Made by a program: the position numbers and the translations under genes
In this document: piece by piece, positions 36,499 through 48,852 of the stretch
Position numbering within the stretch: position 1 is the stretch's first letter
How the letters are laid out: each line of letters starts with the position of its first letter
NCBI GenBank assembly: GCA_030704615.1
Contig: CM060733.1
Coordinates: forward strand, 62,062,001-62,126,000
Direction: 5' to 3'
DNA from: Takakia lepidozioides
Taxonomy: Eukaryota > Plantae > Bryophyta
Length of the DNA stretch: 64,000 nt
Notes under the pieces: generated by a model
What the model was told of the DNA's origin: nothing
Databases searched by the model: none
The model's input: only the letters and a program-made list of their open reading frames with translations

Positions 36499-39400
36499 TT
36501 ATGGGGTATATATGTGTTGCAAGTGTTGGGGCACCAACCCTCTTGCATGTTTTTCGCATGACTCTGGGTCCGTTTTCCTTGCCTCAACGAAATCACGTTT
36601 CTTTTTCAAAGACATATTGTTATTGTCATTTACAGAACGGAAACTCTTTGCTGCCGCAAGGTGCAACATTCCTGCATCACTCTTGGCCAGGATATCGACA
36701 ACCTGGCCCCTACAAATTCGAAGACATGACAACACATGTTTCTCCAAGTATTTGTCATCACCAACAATGCGAAGTATGTCGGTAAATTCTTCGTCCATGG
36801 AGGCTGGTACGAGGACAGACTCGACATCATAGGGAATGTCATCTGTGGAAGGTCCGTCTGTTGCATTTTCCAAACCCTCTTGATCGCTGCCGCTCGCATT
36901 GTGCAACAGCAGATTATGCAATCCTCTATGAATGGTTCCCAGCGCCGTGCCACAAGCGCACACTATGAGTCTATCCTGCAAGTGTGGATGAAGCAACTTC
37001 AGAACTCGGCTTGATGCTTGCACAAATTACCCTTCATTGCCCATGGGCAAGTGTAAGAAGCCCAATTGCATCCGGGGTTGTAAACAATGTAAGTTGTGTT
37101 TGGGTGATCGATGCTTAGAACATAGGCTCCAGGATGCAACGGAAGAGTAACATTGCAAGTTGGGATGTCGCGTGCTGCAAGCACAGAACTGGATATGTAC
37201 TTTTCCTGTTTGTCATTCCTTATGAATCCGTGCGTCTTCAGGTGAATTGCGTACCAGTAGTGTGTTAGCACACGGCGAGTGAGTTCATGATATCAGCCAA
37301 TCGACTCTACAACCAGTCATTTTGCCTTTCCTCATCCTCAACTTGCCTTCAAGTTTCCATGGTATGCCTCAATGCTTGAATGTTGGTGCCAATTTCTCCT
37401 CTTGATAGAAAAAGACCGACGCGGGGTTCTGGTCTTTCCACATGCGGACACTTTCCGCATTGTTGGCGTGTTCTTTGAATGTTTGCCACGCCCGTTTCTC
37501 GGCTAGGTTGCGGACATCTTGCTCCAACAAGAAATCATCCCATGTCCATGCATCTCCCAACCTGGTGTTGTTCATCACGTGCTCTTTATGTTTCATCATG
37601 ATTTGGGCGACTGACAGGCCTCGGCACAAACATTCGACGACCCAGGCTTTCAATTCCTCGCTAATGTGCGGTGCATAGGCGTGGCGGGTGTTCCTGAACT
37701 CAGCCGACTTCTTATGCGAGGCTTTCCCTTTCGCGTCTGTATGCTCCATGTTGTTGTAGTACGCGAGGACACAAATGTAGGAGGCGAGATAGCATTGTTG
37801 GACCTTGAAACAACATTGACAACCACGCTTGTAAGACTCTCCATACTCTGACTGAACTTTCTCCTTGGGCCTTTATGAGGGTGAGATGTTCCAGCACCCA
37901 TAAGAGGTCCTCCACGCTTTTGTAATGAGTCCGTCTTCCGCATGCTGGTGGAACATTTATAGAATCTTCACTTGGTATGCGCACATGTTGTATTTTTAAG
38001 CTGGGCCCAAAGGCAATCATAGCATCAAATCAATGGTGAATGTCTTATCCAAAAGTTGACAGCGTGCAACTCTGGCAATGTTGTCCGCAGTACCTGACAG
38101 TTTACATTTGCATGTGAAATATGTTTGGCAAACAAGTTAGGACATCATTTATCAATTCGAATAGCATGCTAGTGATGACACTTTTTGTGCACTTCAATTG
38201 TGATTTGATGACCTCAAATCTTCTCATCCAAACATGCCACGATGAGGACATCTGTATCTTGAGATGCATAGGGAATGTTCCGGGATCCCATGATCCACGT
38301 ACTGGCTCTGGGAAGCCACTCTCTGTCTATGTGGTTACAGAAATCATTGAGAGAAGGGTACTTGTTACACAAAATCATTATTTCGTATTTTGCCCATGCT
38401 TCACATGCAGGTCCGGACGTGTCGTTCGTGTTATACATGTTTTTGCAAGGTCTTGTAGAACATATGCACATGCAATGTCGGATAGTTGATCGTCATGTTT
38501 GCATTCTTTTGCCACGCTTTTTGAACATGCTATGAACACACAAAAATTGCACACACCTCCACCCCGCCCAACACCGATCTGCGAGACAACACATTATTTT
38601 CAGTAAGTGCTTGTATACATTTAGGGGAAGACAATATAGACGACTACACTTGACATGGATGCTCTTGAAAATACTCGATGACACAAATTTTTGTATTTAC
38701 GTCGTCCACAATGAAGGCGTTAGTTAGTCTATTCTCGTTGTTTTATTTGTTGGTTGAGGGCCGACATGCAACACCTAGCCATAATAAAATACGCAATTGG
38801 AATGTTGTTGAGCCACTCATCGAACACGATCATGGTGTAGAGGAGATATGCATGAACATCCATTTGCTACATGAGATATACATGTTGATTTGAACATGCA
38901 CATGAGCCAACATTTGGAAATAAGAAAAATAGTGCATGTTGAGGAGCTATCGTTTGTGGCTATCAATTGTGTCCATAAAACAAACTTACTTCCTTTTATT
39001 TGTCCCAAAAGGTGCGTCACAAGCTACGATTCGCTCATGATCATGCTTGACCATTTGTTCCTTTTGCTAGATAGTCTGTATGCCGAGAACAAAAGACAGA
39101 CTTTCTGTCATTTGATGTTCAAGTAGGGGTGATTTGTTTTCTTCCTGGCAAAACACTATGTTGGTTCTTATGAACCCACATTCGGACACTATATGCATCA
39201 ATTGAGTGTTTTCGTCATCACACTTGTTGGCAGCAGTCTTGATGTATCTACAGAGGGGGAAGGTGTCACGATTTACCTGTCATGAAGGCTACTTCTTCTT
39301 CACTACCTATTGTTGATACTCGCATATAATGTGCCCACCTTCCATGGCCACTTCCATACTCTGAAGTAGATTCTCTCTCTGATACCAAAGATATTCCTGG
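36499..39400 (-). pseudogene. Degenerate, rearranged SWIM/MULE-related gene (resembles the At1g60560/At4g13970-type family), copy B
   Basis: YNNMEHTDAKG..YAPHISEELKAWV..GLSVAQIM..DDFLLEQDVRN..SVRMW..VFFYQE; NAFIVDD; SWIM YTCPWAMKGNLCKHQ. Many stops and segments out of order. Confidence 0.7.
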
Positions 39401-40074
39401 TACTAAAGACTAGGGCAGCTGCAAATAGGGATAGAGTATGCATGGCCACATAATCCAACAGGTCTTGTCCACATGGAAACAGGTTGAAGGGGGGATATCA
39501 ACTTGTCAACCTTTAGGAAGATGGGTGAGCTGATTTGGTAAATCTTCGAAATAGTTGCATTAGTATGTATAATTCGCACACCGCCACATACCTTCAAGGC
39601 ACCTACACATTGAGGCAATAATCTGTTCCATTTTTTGAAATGGCTTCAACTGCAATTTTTTAGATGACTTCACCATAGTGCCCAGAGAAGTTCCAGCACA
39701 CAGTTCGCCGAGTCATGTCTGTCATGTGTTCCCTGGTTGGCATAAGCAGCTGCTGCAGGCACCGACTTGAGTGTCATGTGGGGAGGCCAAGCTTGCACCT
39801 GACCCCATTTTGAAAAAAATAATCTGACTGCTCCGTCCACTAGACCTCCACTTTTGTTTGTTAGTAGACATGTCGTCAACTCGACTAGTGTCCAAGAGCT
39901 CATGTTCACCTGAAGCTGGATGCTTCAATTAACTTCAGGAATAGTTCTCTTGCTGAGTATATGCCTCAGCTGCACTGAACCTCTCTAAAAACAAAAATGC
40001 CAAATTGTTGACATGGCTCTCATGTCTCTTTCAGTCACAATGGGTAAATCCCCAAGCCTTCTGTCTCTCAACTT

Positions 40075-43000
40075 TTACTGAGGAGTCACGTAAGCTGAAG
40101 TGATGCCACCATCGACCAACAGACTTGCGCCGGTCATGAAGGAACTGTCATTGGAAGCCAAAAAGAGTGCTGCCTTGGCCATCTCGATTGCCTCCCCGAA
40201 GCGACCCATGGGAATGTGGACAAGTCGTCTCTGTTTCTTCTCTTCTGTATCCAAAAACTTCATGAGAAGCTCTGTCCTCAAAGGGCCTGGGCAAAGGGCA
40301 TTAACCCGGACTCCTTCTCGTGCATGTGTTACTGCCAGTTCTCGTGTGAGAGCAAGAACTGCTCCTTTGCTTGCTGTGTATGCAATTTGTGGGGTTGCTG
40401 CCCCAAGGAACGCAACAAATGAAGCTGTGTTTATCACTGCACCACCTCCAGCCCTTTTGATGGCTGGAATACCATATCTGCAGCCATTGTGGGAAGATAT
40501 CAGACAGAAATCCTCAAGAAGTAAAATGACTGTTGACAAAGCTCATCCATGCTCTTGAGCGTACCCATGAAGCTTTGTAACAAAAAGATGTGGCTTGAAA
40601 AGTGTAGTCTCGAATCTAGCTTCTTTGCACCTCTAGGGACACTGGAGCCAGAAGTGGTGGAAAGCGGTGAAACTAGCCGAATGCTCTTCCATTCGGAGTC
40701 TACAACATGCACAGAATGTCAACATCTATACTGTTCTAGGAGAAAATCAACCCGTGTACCCATCAGAGGTCACGTATGTGAGGGAGCACACACTTCCTTT
40801 CCTACATTCTGTACTGGATTCTCACTGCACATCAATCCAATGGATAAGCGCATTCTGGAGAACACCAGGAAGACTAAAGAAGAGTTGGAAGGAGAACTCC
40901 GTTGACTTCAATCTGCCAAAATACATGTACCTGCAGCCATAAATGACACCCTTTACATTTACTGCCAGTGTCCGGTCAATCACTTCATCAGGTGTATTTA
41001 TCGCATCGTCATCCTCTGTTTCCATAATGCCTGCATTATTGAAGACTATGTTCAGCCCCCCAAACACCTGTGCCACAGCCAACTTTTTATTAGCACAGCC
41101 TATACCTAGGACCTCTAAGCAAGGTTCCAAACCTGTTAAACATTTCCTTTCAAATGGGAAGCCAACACCCTTTTTGACCTTCAATTTATTGAGAATTTAA
41201 ACAATAGCCGCAAATACCTTCTCAGCCTTAGCAACCATAGCTGCCACATCATTAGCAACAGAGACATCACCCCCAACCGCAAATCCTTGCCCATTTAATT
41301 CATGTATGGCATCAACCGTGCACGCAGCTGCTGCCATGTTTCGGTCAGCTGCGACCACAGAAGCCCCCTCAAGTGCAAACAGCAGTGCAGCCTGCCGCCC
41401 AATCCCACTGCCTGCCCCTGCATGGAAACATATTCACTGGCTGGATAAGCATGTTCAACACTAACCTTCAGTGCTTTCTAGCTTCTTAAGTCTTGGTAAA
41501 GTGCCACATGAAGTTTGTAGTAATCATGCATACGCTCCAAAGCCAACTGGAACACCGATACAGCAGGTAGACTTAGCCAGGAACACGTTTTGCCAGAGCT
41601 GACCACCTCATTTGGAAAGAGCATGTCAGGGAAGGGGGTGACACTACCAACAATGCTAGGAGCTTGATTTAGTAGTAGCTCTCTATAGAGGTGGTTTTGG
41701 CTGGCTCTCCAAGCAGACTCTAAACGTCCTTTAGCACTGTTTTCAGCTGAGGTCAAAGACGTGCAGTGACAGTCTGCTATGTAAAAAAAGATTGTACTCA
41801 TAAGACGTTGTTTGCCGTAGCCTTGTGGCCATTGGCCCCGTTTGAGCGGGAACAAAAGGGACAGAACCTACCTCTGTCAGGGGCTGGCGTTGGTAGTAAG
41901 ACTTACCTTCATATATAGAATTAATCCGGGTTTTCCAGATATCCTCTAGAAATCCCTCCACACAAGCATCAATCTGCTGTGTGTGATTTGCCCAAAAACT
42001 AGACCTCAGGAGGGCCTGGGCTTTTGGCTCAGCCTCGAGACTTTCAAAGTTGGTAAACAGGGGTACAGGCACAATTCCCTTGATAGATTTGAAGAGAGCG
42101 TCTCTTTGGTGAGAGAACCCCGGACAGTGTATCAGAAAATGAATACTGTCTTCAGATTGCCCACACAACGGGCAATTGCACTCTCCCTTTCCTCTCTGCT
42201 TCTGTTTGCTGTTCAAAGGTAGGCTTCCTGCCCTGAGTTTAAATTTCGGTCTAGTGCCGAGAGTGGGTAGACCCTTGAGGTCATCCAAGATGTCCTCCCC
42301 CATGTCACTGACTGGAAACAAGTTCAGGGAAGTTTTCTGCCTAACTTCATTTTCATCAGACAATCTCATGGCAACAGACATGGCATTGGACACTACAGCC
42401 TCTAAGTCAGATTTATCCAGCAGGGTCAAGACTTGCGGATCCAGGTCCAGGTCCTTGAGAATCTCTTCTACTCTCTTCTGCCAGGACTCTCCCTGTCCTC
42501 TAGGAAGCCTATTGACATGGGTGGACTTGAAACGGGAGTACACTAATGTCTCTGTGACTAAATGCCGGCCTTGTGACCTCGTGTCCTTGTTTGTTTCGAC
42601 CTGAAGCGCTTTGCTTCAGGTAAGGTAGTGCATTGGATTTAGTTGGAAAGCTTGGGGCCTTTCCCTCTTTAGAATATGCCTACACGGGCCATTCCCTGCA
42701 ACTCCCTGGAGTGTGATCTCTGAATGGTAACAAGCGGACTCCTACCGCTTGGGGGCAGCCCCTCCGCCCAAATTGGGCAGTCGTATGCTCTGTCTAGCAT
42801 ACTCGGCACTTGGGCTCGGGTTGGTTCCTGTGCTTAAACTTATGGCCTGCGAAAACAATCAAAAATTTAGCTCCTATCAACATCTACACTCCTCAGGGTG
42901 ATCCCTGGGAATTGGTTACTTATGCCAAATCTAGGGCTTCATGTGTAGTTTTTGGGGTGAATCCCAGGATGGACGATGTGTCCTTTAAAACTACATGCTC

Positions 43001-46000
43001 TAGCTTAGGCTTGGATTTCATGGCTAATGGTACCATCTCGAGACTTGATAACAGGGGTACGTTGAAGGTTGCAATGACCAAAAGTGCTTCTAATAGAGTC
43101 CCGCATCAATTCAATCTCAAAGAAGTTCGTCCCTTGACTGGCTGGAGAGCGGTCTTAGACATTGGTGATTCAATGGGGCGCTCTAGGAAGACAACCAAGG
43201 GCAACAACTTCAACTTGAGAGTTTCTAATCGGTTTGACGCTCTGGATGAGGTTGAATCCAAACAACCAGAAGGACAAGATGCCCCTAAGTGTACGGAACC
43301 TGAACGTCCTGAATCTGAAGGATTTGGTACTCTGAATGGTTTACCAATCCTCAAGGTTTACACAAGACGAACAAATTCTATACACGGGGTAATTGTCCCC
43401 AAGCCGTCAGATGGACAATCTGTCTCTAAGTGTGCAGAGCCTGAAGGATTTGGTACTCTAAATGGTTTACCAATCCTCAAAGTCTACACAAGACGAGCAA
43501 AATCTATACACGGGGTAATTGTCCCCAAGCAGTCTGACGGACAATCTGCCCCTATGTGTGCGGAGCCTGTGCGTCGTGTAACTGAAAGATTTGGTACCCT
43601 GAATGGTTTACCAATTCTCAAAGTTTACACAAGACGAGCAAAATCTACACATGGGGTAACTGTCCCCCCTTTGCAGAACGGTTGGCCGTCCAGGAGCAAT
43701 CACAAGCTACCTAGACGACAAACAATTCACACGCAAAGGGCTGGCTTGCGGCTGGCCACTTTCAACTTCTCAGGGTTGACCAACCAAAGGAAACAACTTG
43801 AAGTGGGACAAGTTCTTCGGACTAATGATATTCATATCTGTGCTGGGCAAGAAACATGGGAAACGTCGGATAAACTGGTTGGAGATGTCATTGGTTATAA
43901 ATGGGCAGGTAAGATGTGTACTCTCAAGGCAGCCTCTGCCAAACGCGGTCAAAAAGGGGTCGGATTCTTTGTCCGTGATTTCTTGTTTGACAATTGTGAA
44001 ATTATCAACAAGGGTTTGAGGTACGAGCATAGTATCTGGCTAAAACTGAATTTGAAGGGCGGCATGAGTACAAAGGACCTCTTTGTTGGTTGTGTTTACA
44101 TGCCCACAGAGGGGACCCTTAGTGCTGATGCAGACAAGGCCTTCGAAGATGTAAAGCTGGACTGTGCTTCGTTCCTTGCCAAAGGTCAGGTGGTACTATT
44201 GGGGGACTTCAATGCCCGGGTGGGCAAAGGGATCCATCAGGACGATATCATTGGACCTTTTGGTGAGGACGAGCTGAATTCTAATGGCAGACGGTTAATT
44301 AACTGTCTAGAACAGCTTCAGCTTTTGACCTTGAATAACAGGACAAGAGGTGACCAAGTGCAGTGGACTCGTGAGAAACCCCAAACTGGGGAACGTTCCA
44401 TTGTGGACTATATCATAATGGACAAAATTTTGTTCCCCCAGTGTGCCAATGTGTTGATCGACAGAACTGATATTGGTACCTCTGACCACTTCCTGGTTTG
44501 GACTGAGATCAAAAGGTGTTTTCCCACCACCAAGAGATCTGTGAAACGTTCGATTCGGAAGTGGCGCATAGAAAAATTCCACAATGAGGAGGTCAAGGCT
44601 GAGTACGTCCAGGCCTTGCAAGAGGCTCTCCCTCATTTTGTCCAATCGCTCCAAGAACTTCAGTCATGCTCTGTTAACGCAAGAAATGAAGTCGAAAGAG
44701 CAGTGGACTCTTGGGAGAGTTTCGTTTCCTCCGTGGCTGACAAGATCATTGGGAGGAAACTAATTGTCTGCGGTAGAGCAGTTAATTGGTGGACTAATGA
44801 GATTAAACTCAAGATAGCTGAGAGACGAGCCCTCTATAAAGAGTGCTGCAATTTGGAAACCAACAGAGAATTGTGGGCGAGGTACTACCAGCTCCGTAAA
44901 GATATCAATCAGCTTGTTAGGTCTCAGAAGAAATTATACTGGGACAAGTTATACAGTGAAATAAACTCAAACTACCATGGTGGTAATGACAAGAAATTCT
45001 GGTTGGCCCTTCAACGTTTGTACAAACCGAAAAACGGTCAGCAAGTACAAGCACTGAAGACTACTAAAGGTGCAGTGGTGACTTCATCGGTTGACATTGT
45101 CAAAACCTTTGAAACTCACTACAGTATCCTTGGCAGAACTTCTAGGTCTAACAGTGAGGGGTCTTCTGCTGAATGGAGGGACACAGTTGGAAAAACTGTT
45201 CCTATGATTCAAAACAGCCCTGATGAACTGGAGTATATTTCAATGGCTTATAATGCTCCCATTAGTTCTTCTGAGATTGTGGAAGCAATTGAACATTTAA
45301 ATGGATATAAAGCTGGTGGACCTGATGGTATTGTCAACGAGCTTATCAAGCACGGTGGCGATCCCATGATAGAGGCCCTAGTTCTCCTCTTTAACCTTAT
45401 CTGGAAGACTGAAATGATCCCCTTTCGCTGGCGAAAGGGGGTCATTGTCAATCTATACAAGAAGGGTGACAGAGAAGAACCGGGGAACTACCGTGGCATC
45501 ACGCTCCTCAATGCTGTTGGCAAGACATTCTGCAGAGTTATAAGTACTCGTCTCGAGGTTGATCTGGAGTCTAGAGGTTGTTTCCACGAAGGCCAAGCTG
45601 GCTTTCGGCGAAACAGGGGCTGTGTGGATCATATCTTCACTCTAAGCCAGATTATCCAGGGAAGGAAAAAAGAAGGGAAACCCACTTATGTCTTTTTCCT
45701 GGATGTCAAAAAGGCTTATGACACAGTGTGGAGAGATGGCCTATGGTTACGCCTCTGGTCTTGTGGGATCAAGGGAAAGATGTGGAGAGTTGTCCACAAC
45801 TTGTATGCTCACACCAAAAGCTGTGTCACTGTTAACGGACAGAAGTCCAACTTCTTTGACATAGACCAAGGTGTAGCTCAAGGATGTACTCTCTCCCCTC
45901 TGCTCTTCAATGTTTTCATCAATCAACTCCTCGAGGATGTGGAAAGTGAGGGATTTGGGTTAAGGGTGGGTGATACCACCATACCAGCCCTTATGTTTGC

Positions 46001-48852
46001 GGATGACTTCGCAGGCATAGGGGAGACTCCAACCAATCTCCAGGAGTTGATTGATTGCGCGAAGAGATACTTTGATCTTTGGGGGCTAGAGGCTAATGTC
46101 AGCAAATGTGCAGTGGTAGCATTCAACGACAGAGGAGAGGGAGGAAGTGATCTTAAGTGGCAGTGGGGTAGCCAAGAGATCCCGGTCCTCCCTTCCTACA
46201 CTTACCTGGGCGTTGAGTTCTCCTCCAATTGTAATTGGGATGCACATATCCAGAAAGTTGTTCAAACTGGCAAGGGCAAAGCTCTGGGGCTCACTAAATT
46301 TTTCCACTGCAGAGGGGTCAACTCTGAGGTCAAGAAAACCATGCTTTGTCGCGTTATTAGACCTGCCTTGGAGTACGGATCTGCAATATGGGTCGATAAC
46401 TCCAACCAGGCTAAGTCTCTAGAATCCATTCAAGTGGGGGTGCTTAAGGAGTGTATGTCAGCATGCTCCAAAACAGCCAATGTGGCTGTTCGGGGTGAGT
46501 TTGGCATTCCGTCCTTAAGCTCCCGACGAGATGAATTCAAGGTCAGATGGTGGGGTCAGCTGCAACATATGCCCAACACCAGATATCCTAAGTTAATCGA
46601 CTCTATATCTTGGAAACAGGACCGCCCTGTCAAACAGGCTAAGTCCTGGCAGAAGAGAGTAGAAGAGATCCTCAAGGACCTGGACCTGGATCCGCAAGTC
46701 TTGACCCTGCTGGCTGTCCTGAGGCCTAGTTTTTGGGCAAATCACACACAGCAGATTGATGCTTGTGTGAAGGGATTTCTAGAGGATATCTGGAAAACCC
46801 GGATTAATTCTTTATATGGAGGTAAGTCTTACTACCAACGTCAGCCCCTGACAGAGGTAGGTTCTGTCCCTTTTGTTCCCGCTCAAACTGGGCGCGGGGT
46901 CAATGGCCACAAGGCTACGGCAAACAACGTCTTATGAGTACAATCTCTTCTGCCAGGACTTAGCCTGTTTGACAGGGCGGTCCTGTTTCCAAGATATAGA
47001 GTCGATTAACTTAGAATATCTGGTGTTGGGCATATGTTGCAGCTGACCCCACCATCTGACCTTGAATTCATCTCGTCGGGAGCTTAAGGACGGAATGCCA
47101 AACTCACCCCGAACAGCCACATTGGCTGTTTTGGAGCATGCTGACATACACTCCTTAAGCACCCCCACTTGAATGGATTCTAGAGACTTAGCCTGGTTGG
47201 AGTTATCGACCCATATTGCAGATCCGTACTCCAAGGCAGGTCTAATAACGCGACAAAGCATGGTTTTCTTAACCTCAGAGTTGACCCCTCTGCAGTGGAA
47301 AAATTTAGTGAGCCCCAGAGCTTTGCCCTTGCCAGTTTGAACAACTTTCCGGATATGTGCATCCCAATTACAATTGGAGGAAAACTCAACGCCCAGGTAA
47401 GTGTAGGAAGGGAGGACCGGGATCTCTTGGCTACCCCACTGCCACTTAAGATCACTTCCTCCCTCTCCTCTGTCGTTGAATGCTACCACTGCACATTTGC
47501 TGACATTAGCCTCTAGCCCCCAAAGATCAAAGTATCTCTTCGCGCAATCAATCAACTCCTGGAGATTGGTTGGAGTCTCCCCTATGCCTGCGAAGTCATC
47601 CGCAAACATAAGGGCTGGTATGGTGGTATCACCCACCCTTAACCCAAATCCCTCACTTCCCACATCCTCGAGGAGTTGATTGATGAAAACATTGAAGAGC
47701 AGAGGGGAGAGAGTACATCCTTGAGCTACACCTTGGTCTATGTCGAAGAAGTTGGACTTCTGTCCATTAACAGTGACACAGCTTTTGGTGTGAGCATACA
47801 AGTTGTGGACAACTCTCCACATCTTTCCCTTGATCCCACAAGACCAGAGGCGGAACCATAGGCTATCTCTCCACACTGTGTCATAAGCCTTTTTGACATC
47901 CAGGAAAAAAACATAAGTGGGTTTCCCTTCTTTTTTCCTTCCCTGGATAATCTGGCTTAGAGTGAAGATATGATCCACACAGCCCCTGTTTCGCCGAAAG
48001 CCAGCTTGGCCTTCGTGGAAACAACCTCTAGACTCCAGATCAACCTCGAGACGAGTACTTATAACTCTGCAGAATGTCTTGCCAACAGCATTGAGGAGCG
48101 TGATGCCACGGTAGTTCCCCGGTTCTTCTCTGTCACCCTTCTTGTATAGATTGACAATGACCCCCTGTCGCCAGCGAAAGGGGATCATTTCAGTCTTCCA
48201 GATAAGGTTAAAGAGGAGAACAAAGAAAGAGAGAGACTGAAAGAAGAGAGGGAGGAATCAAGGTCAAAGTCAGACTCATGAGTTTTGTTTTTCATACAGA
48301 GAACCGGTTTCACAAACATATTATGTCTATCCACTTCATTCACTGTTGTTTCTTATAATCTAGCTGCCTGGATGGTGCCTTGCATTGGCAACAGGACCCG
48401 CCTATGCACATATTTTCCCTCAGGATGTACGACAGCTAAGAATCTGCCCCGTATATATGGTAGATTTTAGAAGTCCATTTCTGGACATACCGACCAGACA
48501 TATACTAAGGAGCACACTCTAGATGCATTCCTTGCAACTCTCCAGAAGCAGCAGAAACGGGCCACCAATACACCACCATTACTGCAGACACGATTCCTAA
48601 CATGAAATTAAATCTCAATTCAAAGACCATTCCTTCAAATCACTTGCCTGCGATGAGGGCAGTTTTTCCAACGAGCTTTCCAGGTCCATGGTGTCCAGTA
48701 CTCCGGGGAGACGTTTTCACAGATCCGCCACCTCCTTGCTCTCCATCTTCTCCAGATACTGCTGCGTATCCTCTCCTCAATATTCCTATGGCAGGCACAC
48801 ACCTTAAGCGGAACAATATCTGCGAGAGAGAAGAGAAGCTAGAGCTCCCCAT
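40075..48852 (-). CDS. Short-chain dehydrogenase/reductase, copy B; exons 48852-48648, 41417-41218, 41067-40931, 40477-40075; intact GAGSGIG motif; 7.2-kb intron 1 with nested LINEs
   Basis: Exons near-identical to copy A (offsets 27515 and 32383). Codon ATT GGG at ~41398 retains the glycine. Confidence 0.88.
42489..46946 (+). mobile_element. Younger RTE/RTEX-like LINE inserted antisense into a copy of its own family; TSD TCTCTTCTGCCAGGACT (42472-42488 / 46944-46960)
   Basis: Direct repeat at both junctions. Ends ...TTATGAGTACAAT with no poly(A). Confidence 0.9.
42810..46937 (+). CDS. LINE polyprotein, 1375-aa open frame: APE endonuclease + reverse transcriptase; C-terminal Cys-His region deleted in frame
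   Basis: ATFNFSGL, GQETW, LLGDFNARVG, IVDYI, SDHFLV; NYRGITLL, QGCTLSP, FADD. Confidence 0.9.
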   Translation: MGSGWFLCLNLWPAKTIKNLAPINIYTPQGDPWELVTYAKSRASCVVFGVNPRMDDVSFKTTCSSLGLDFMANGTISRLDNRGTLKVAMTKSASNRVPHQFNLKEVRPLTGWRAVLDIGDSMGRSRKTTKGNNFNLRVSNRFDALDEVESKQPEGQDAPKCTEPERPESEGFGTLNGLPILKVYTRRTNSIHGVIVPKPSDGQSVSKCAEPEGFGTLNGLPILKVYTRRAKSIHGVIVPKQSDGQSAPMCAEPVRRVTERFGTLNGLPILKVYTRRAKSTHGVTVPPLQNGWPSRSNHKLPRRQTIHTQRAGLRLATFNFSGLTNQRKQLEVGQVLRTNDIHICAGQETWETSDKLVGDVIGYKWAGKMCTLKAASAKRGQKGVGFFVRDFLFDNCEIINKGLRYEHSIWLKLNLKGGMSTKDLFVGCVYMPTEGTLSADADKAFEDVKLDCASFLAKGQVVLLGDFNARVGKGIHQDDIIGPFGEDELNSNGRRLINCLEQLQLLTLNNRTRGDQVQWTREKPQTGERSIVDYIIMDKILFPQCANVLIDRTDIGTSDHFLVWTEIKRCFPTTKRSVKRSIRKWRIEKFHNEEVKAEYVQALQEALPHFVQSLQELQSCSVNARNEVERAVDSWESFVSSVADKIIGRKLIVCGRAVNWWTNEIKLKIAERRALYKECCNLETNRELWARYYQLRKDINQLVRSQKKLYWDKLYSEINSNYHGGNDKKFWLALQRLYKPKNGQQVQALKTTKGAVVTSSVDIVKTFETHYSILGRTSRSNSEGSSAEWRDTVGKTVPMIQNSPDELEYISMAYNAPISSSEIVEAIEHLNGYKAGGPDGIVNELIKHGGDPMIEALVLLFNLIWKTEMIPFRWRKGVIVNLYKKGDREEPGNYRGITLLNAVGKTFCRVISTRLEVDLESRGCFHEGQAGFRRNRGCVDHIFTLSQIIQGRKKEGKPTYVFFLDVKKAYDTVWRDGLWLRLWSCGIKGKMWRVVHNLYAHTKSCVTVNGQKSNFFDIDQGVAQGCTLSPLLFNVFINQLLEDVESEGFGLRVGDTTIPALMFADDFAGIGETPTNLQELIDCAKRYFDLWGLEANVSKCAVVAFNDRGEGGSDLKWQWGSQEIPVLPSYTYLGVEFSSNCNWDAHIQKVVQTGKGKALGLTKFFHCRGVNSEVKKTMLCRVIRPALEYGSAIWVDNSNQAKSLESIQVGVLKECMSACSKTANVAVRGEFGIPSLSSRRDEFKVRWWGQLQHMPNTRYPKLIDSISWKQDRPVKQAKSWQKRVEEILKDLDLDPQVLTLLAVLRPSFWANHTQQIDACVKGFLEDIWKTRINSLYGGKSYYQRQPLTEVGSVPFVPAQTGRGVNGHKATANNVL

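Larger units (their letters stand above)
41783..48221 (-). mobile_element. Older 5'-truncated RTE-like LINE (copy B), split into 41783-42488 and 46944-48221 by a younger insertion
   Basis: RT ORF 46932-48188 and C-terminal CPLC..HFLIHC motif in 41743-42543. Confidence 0.9.
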
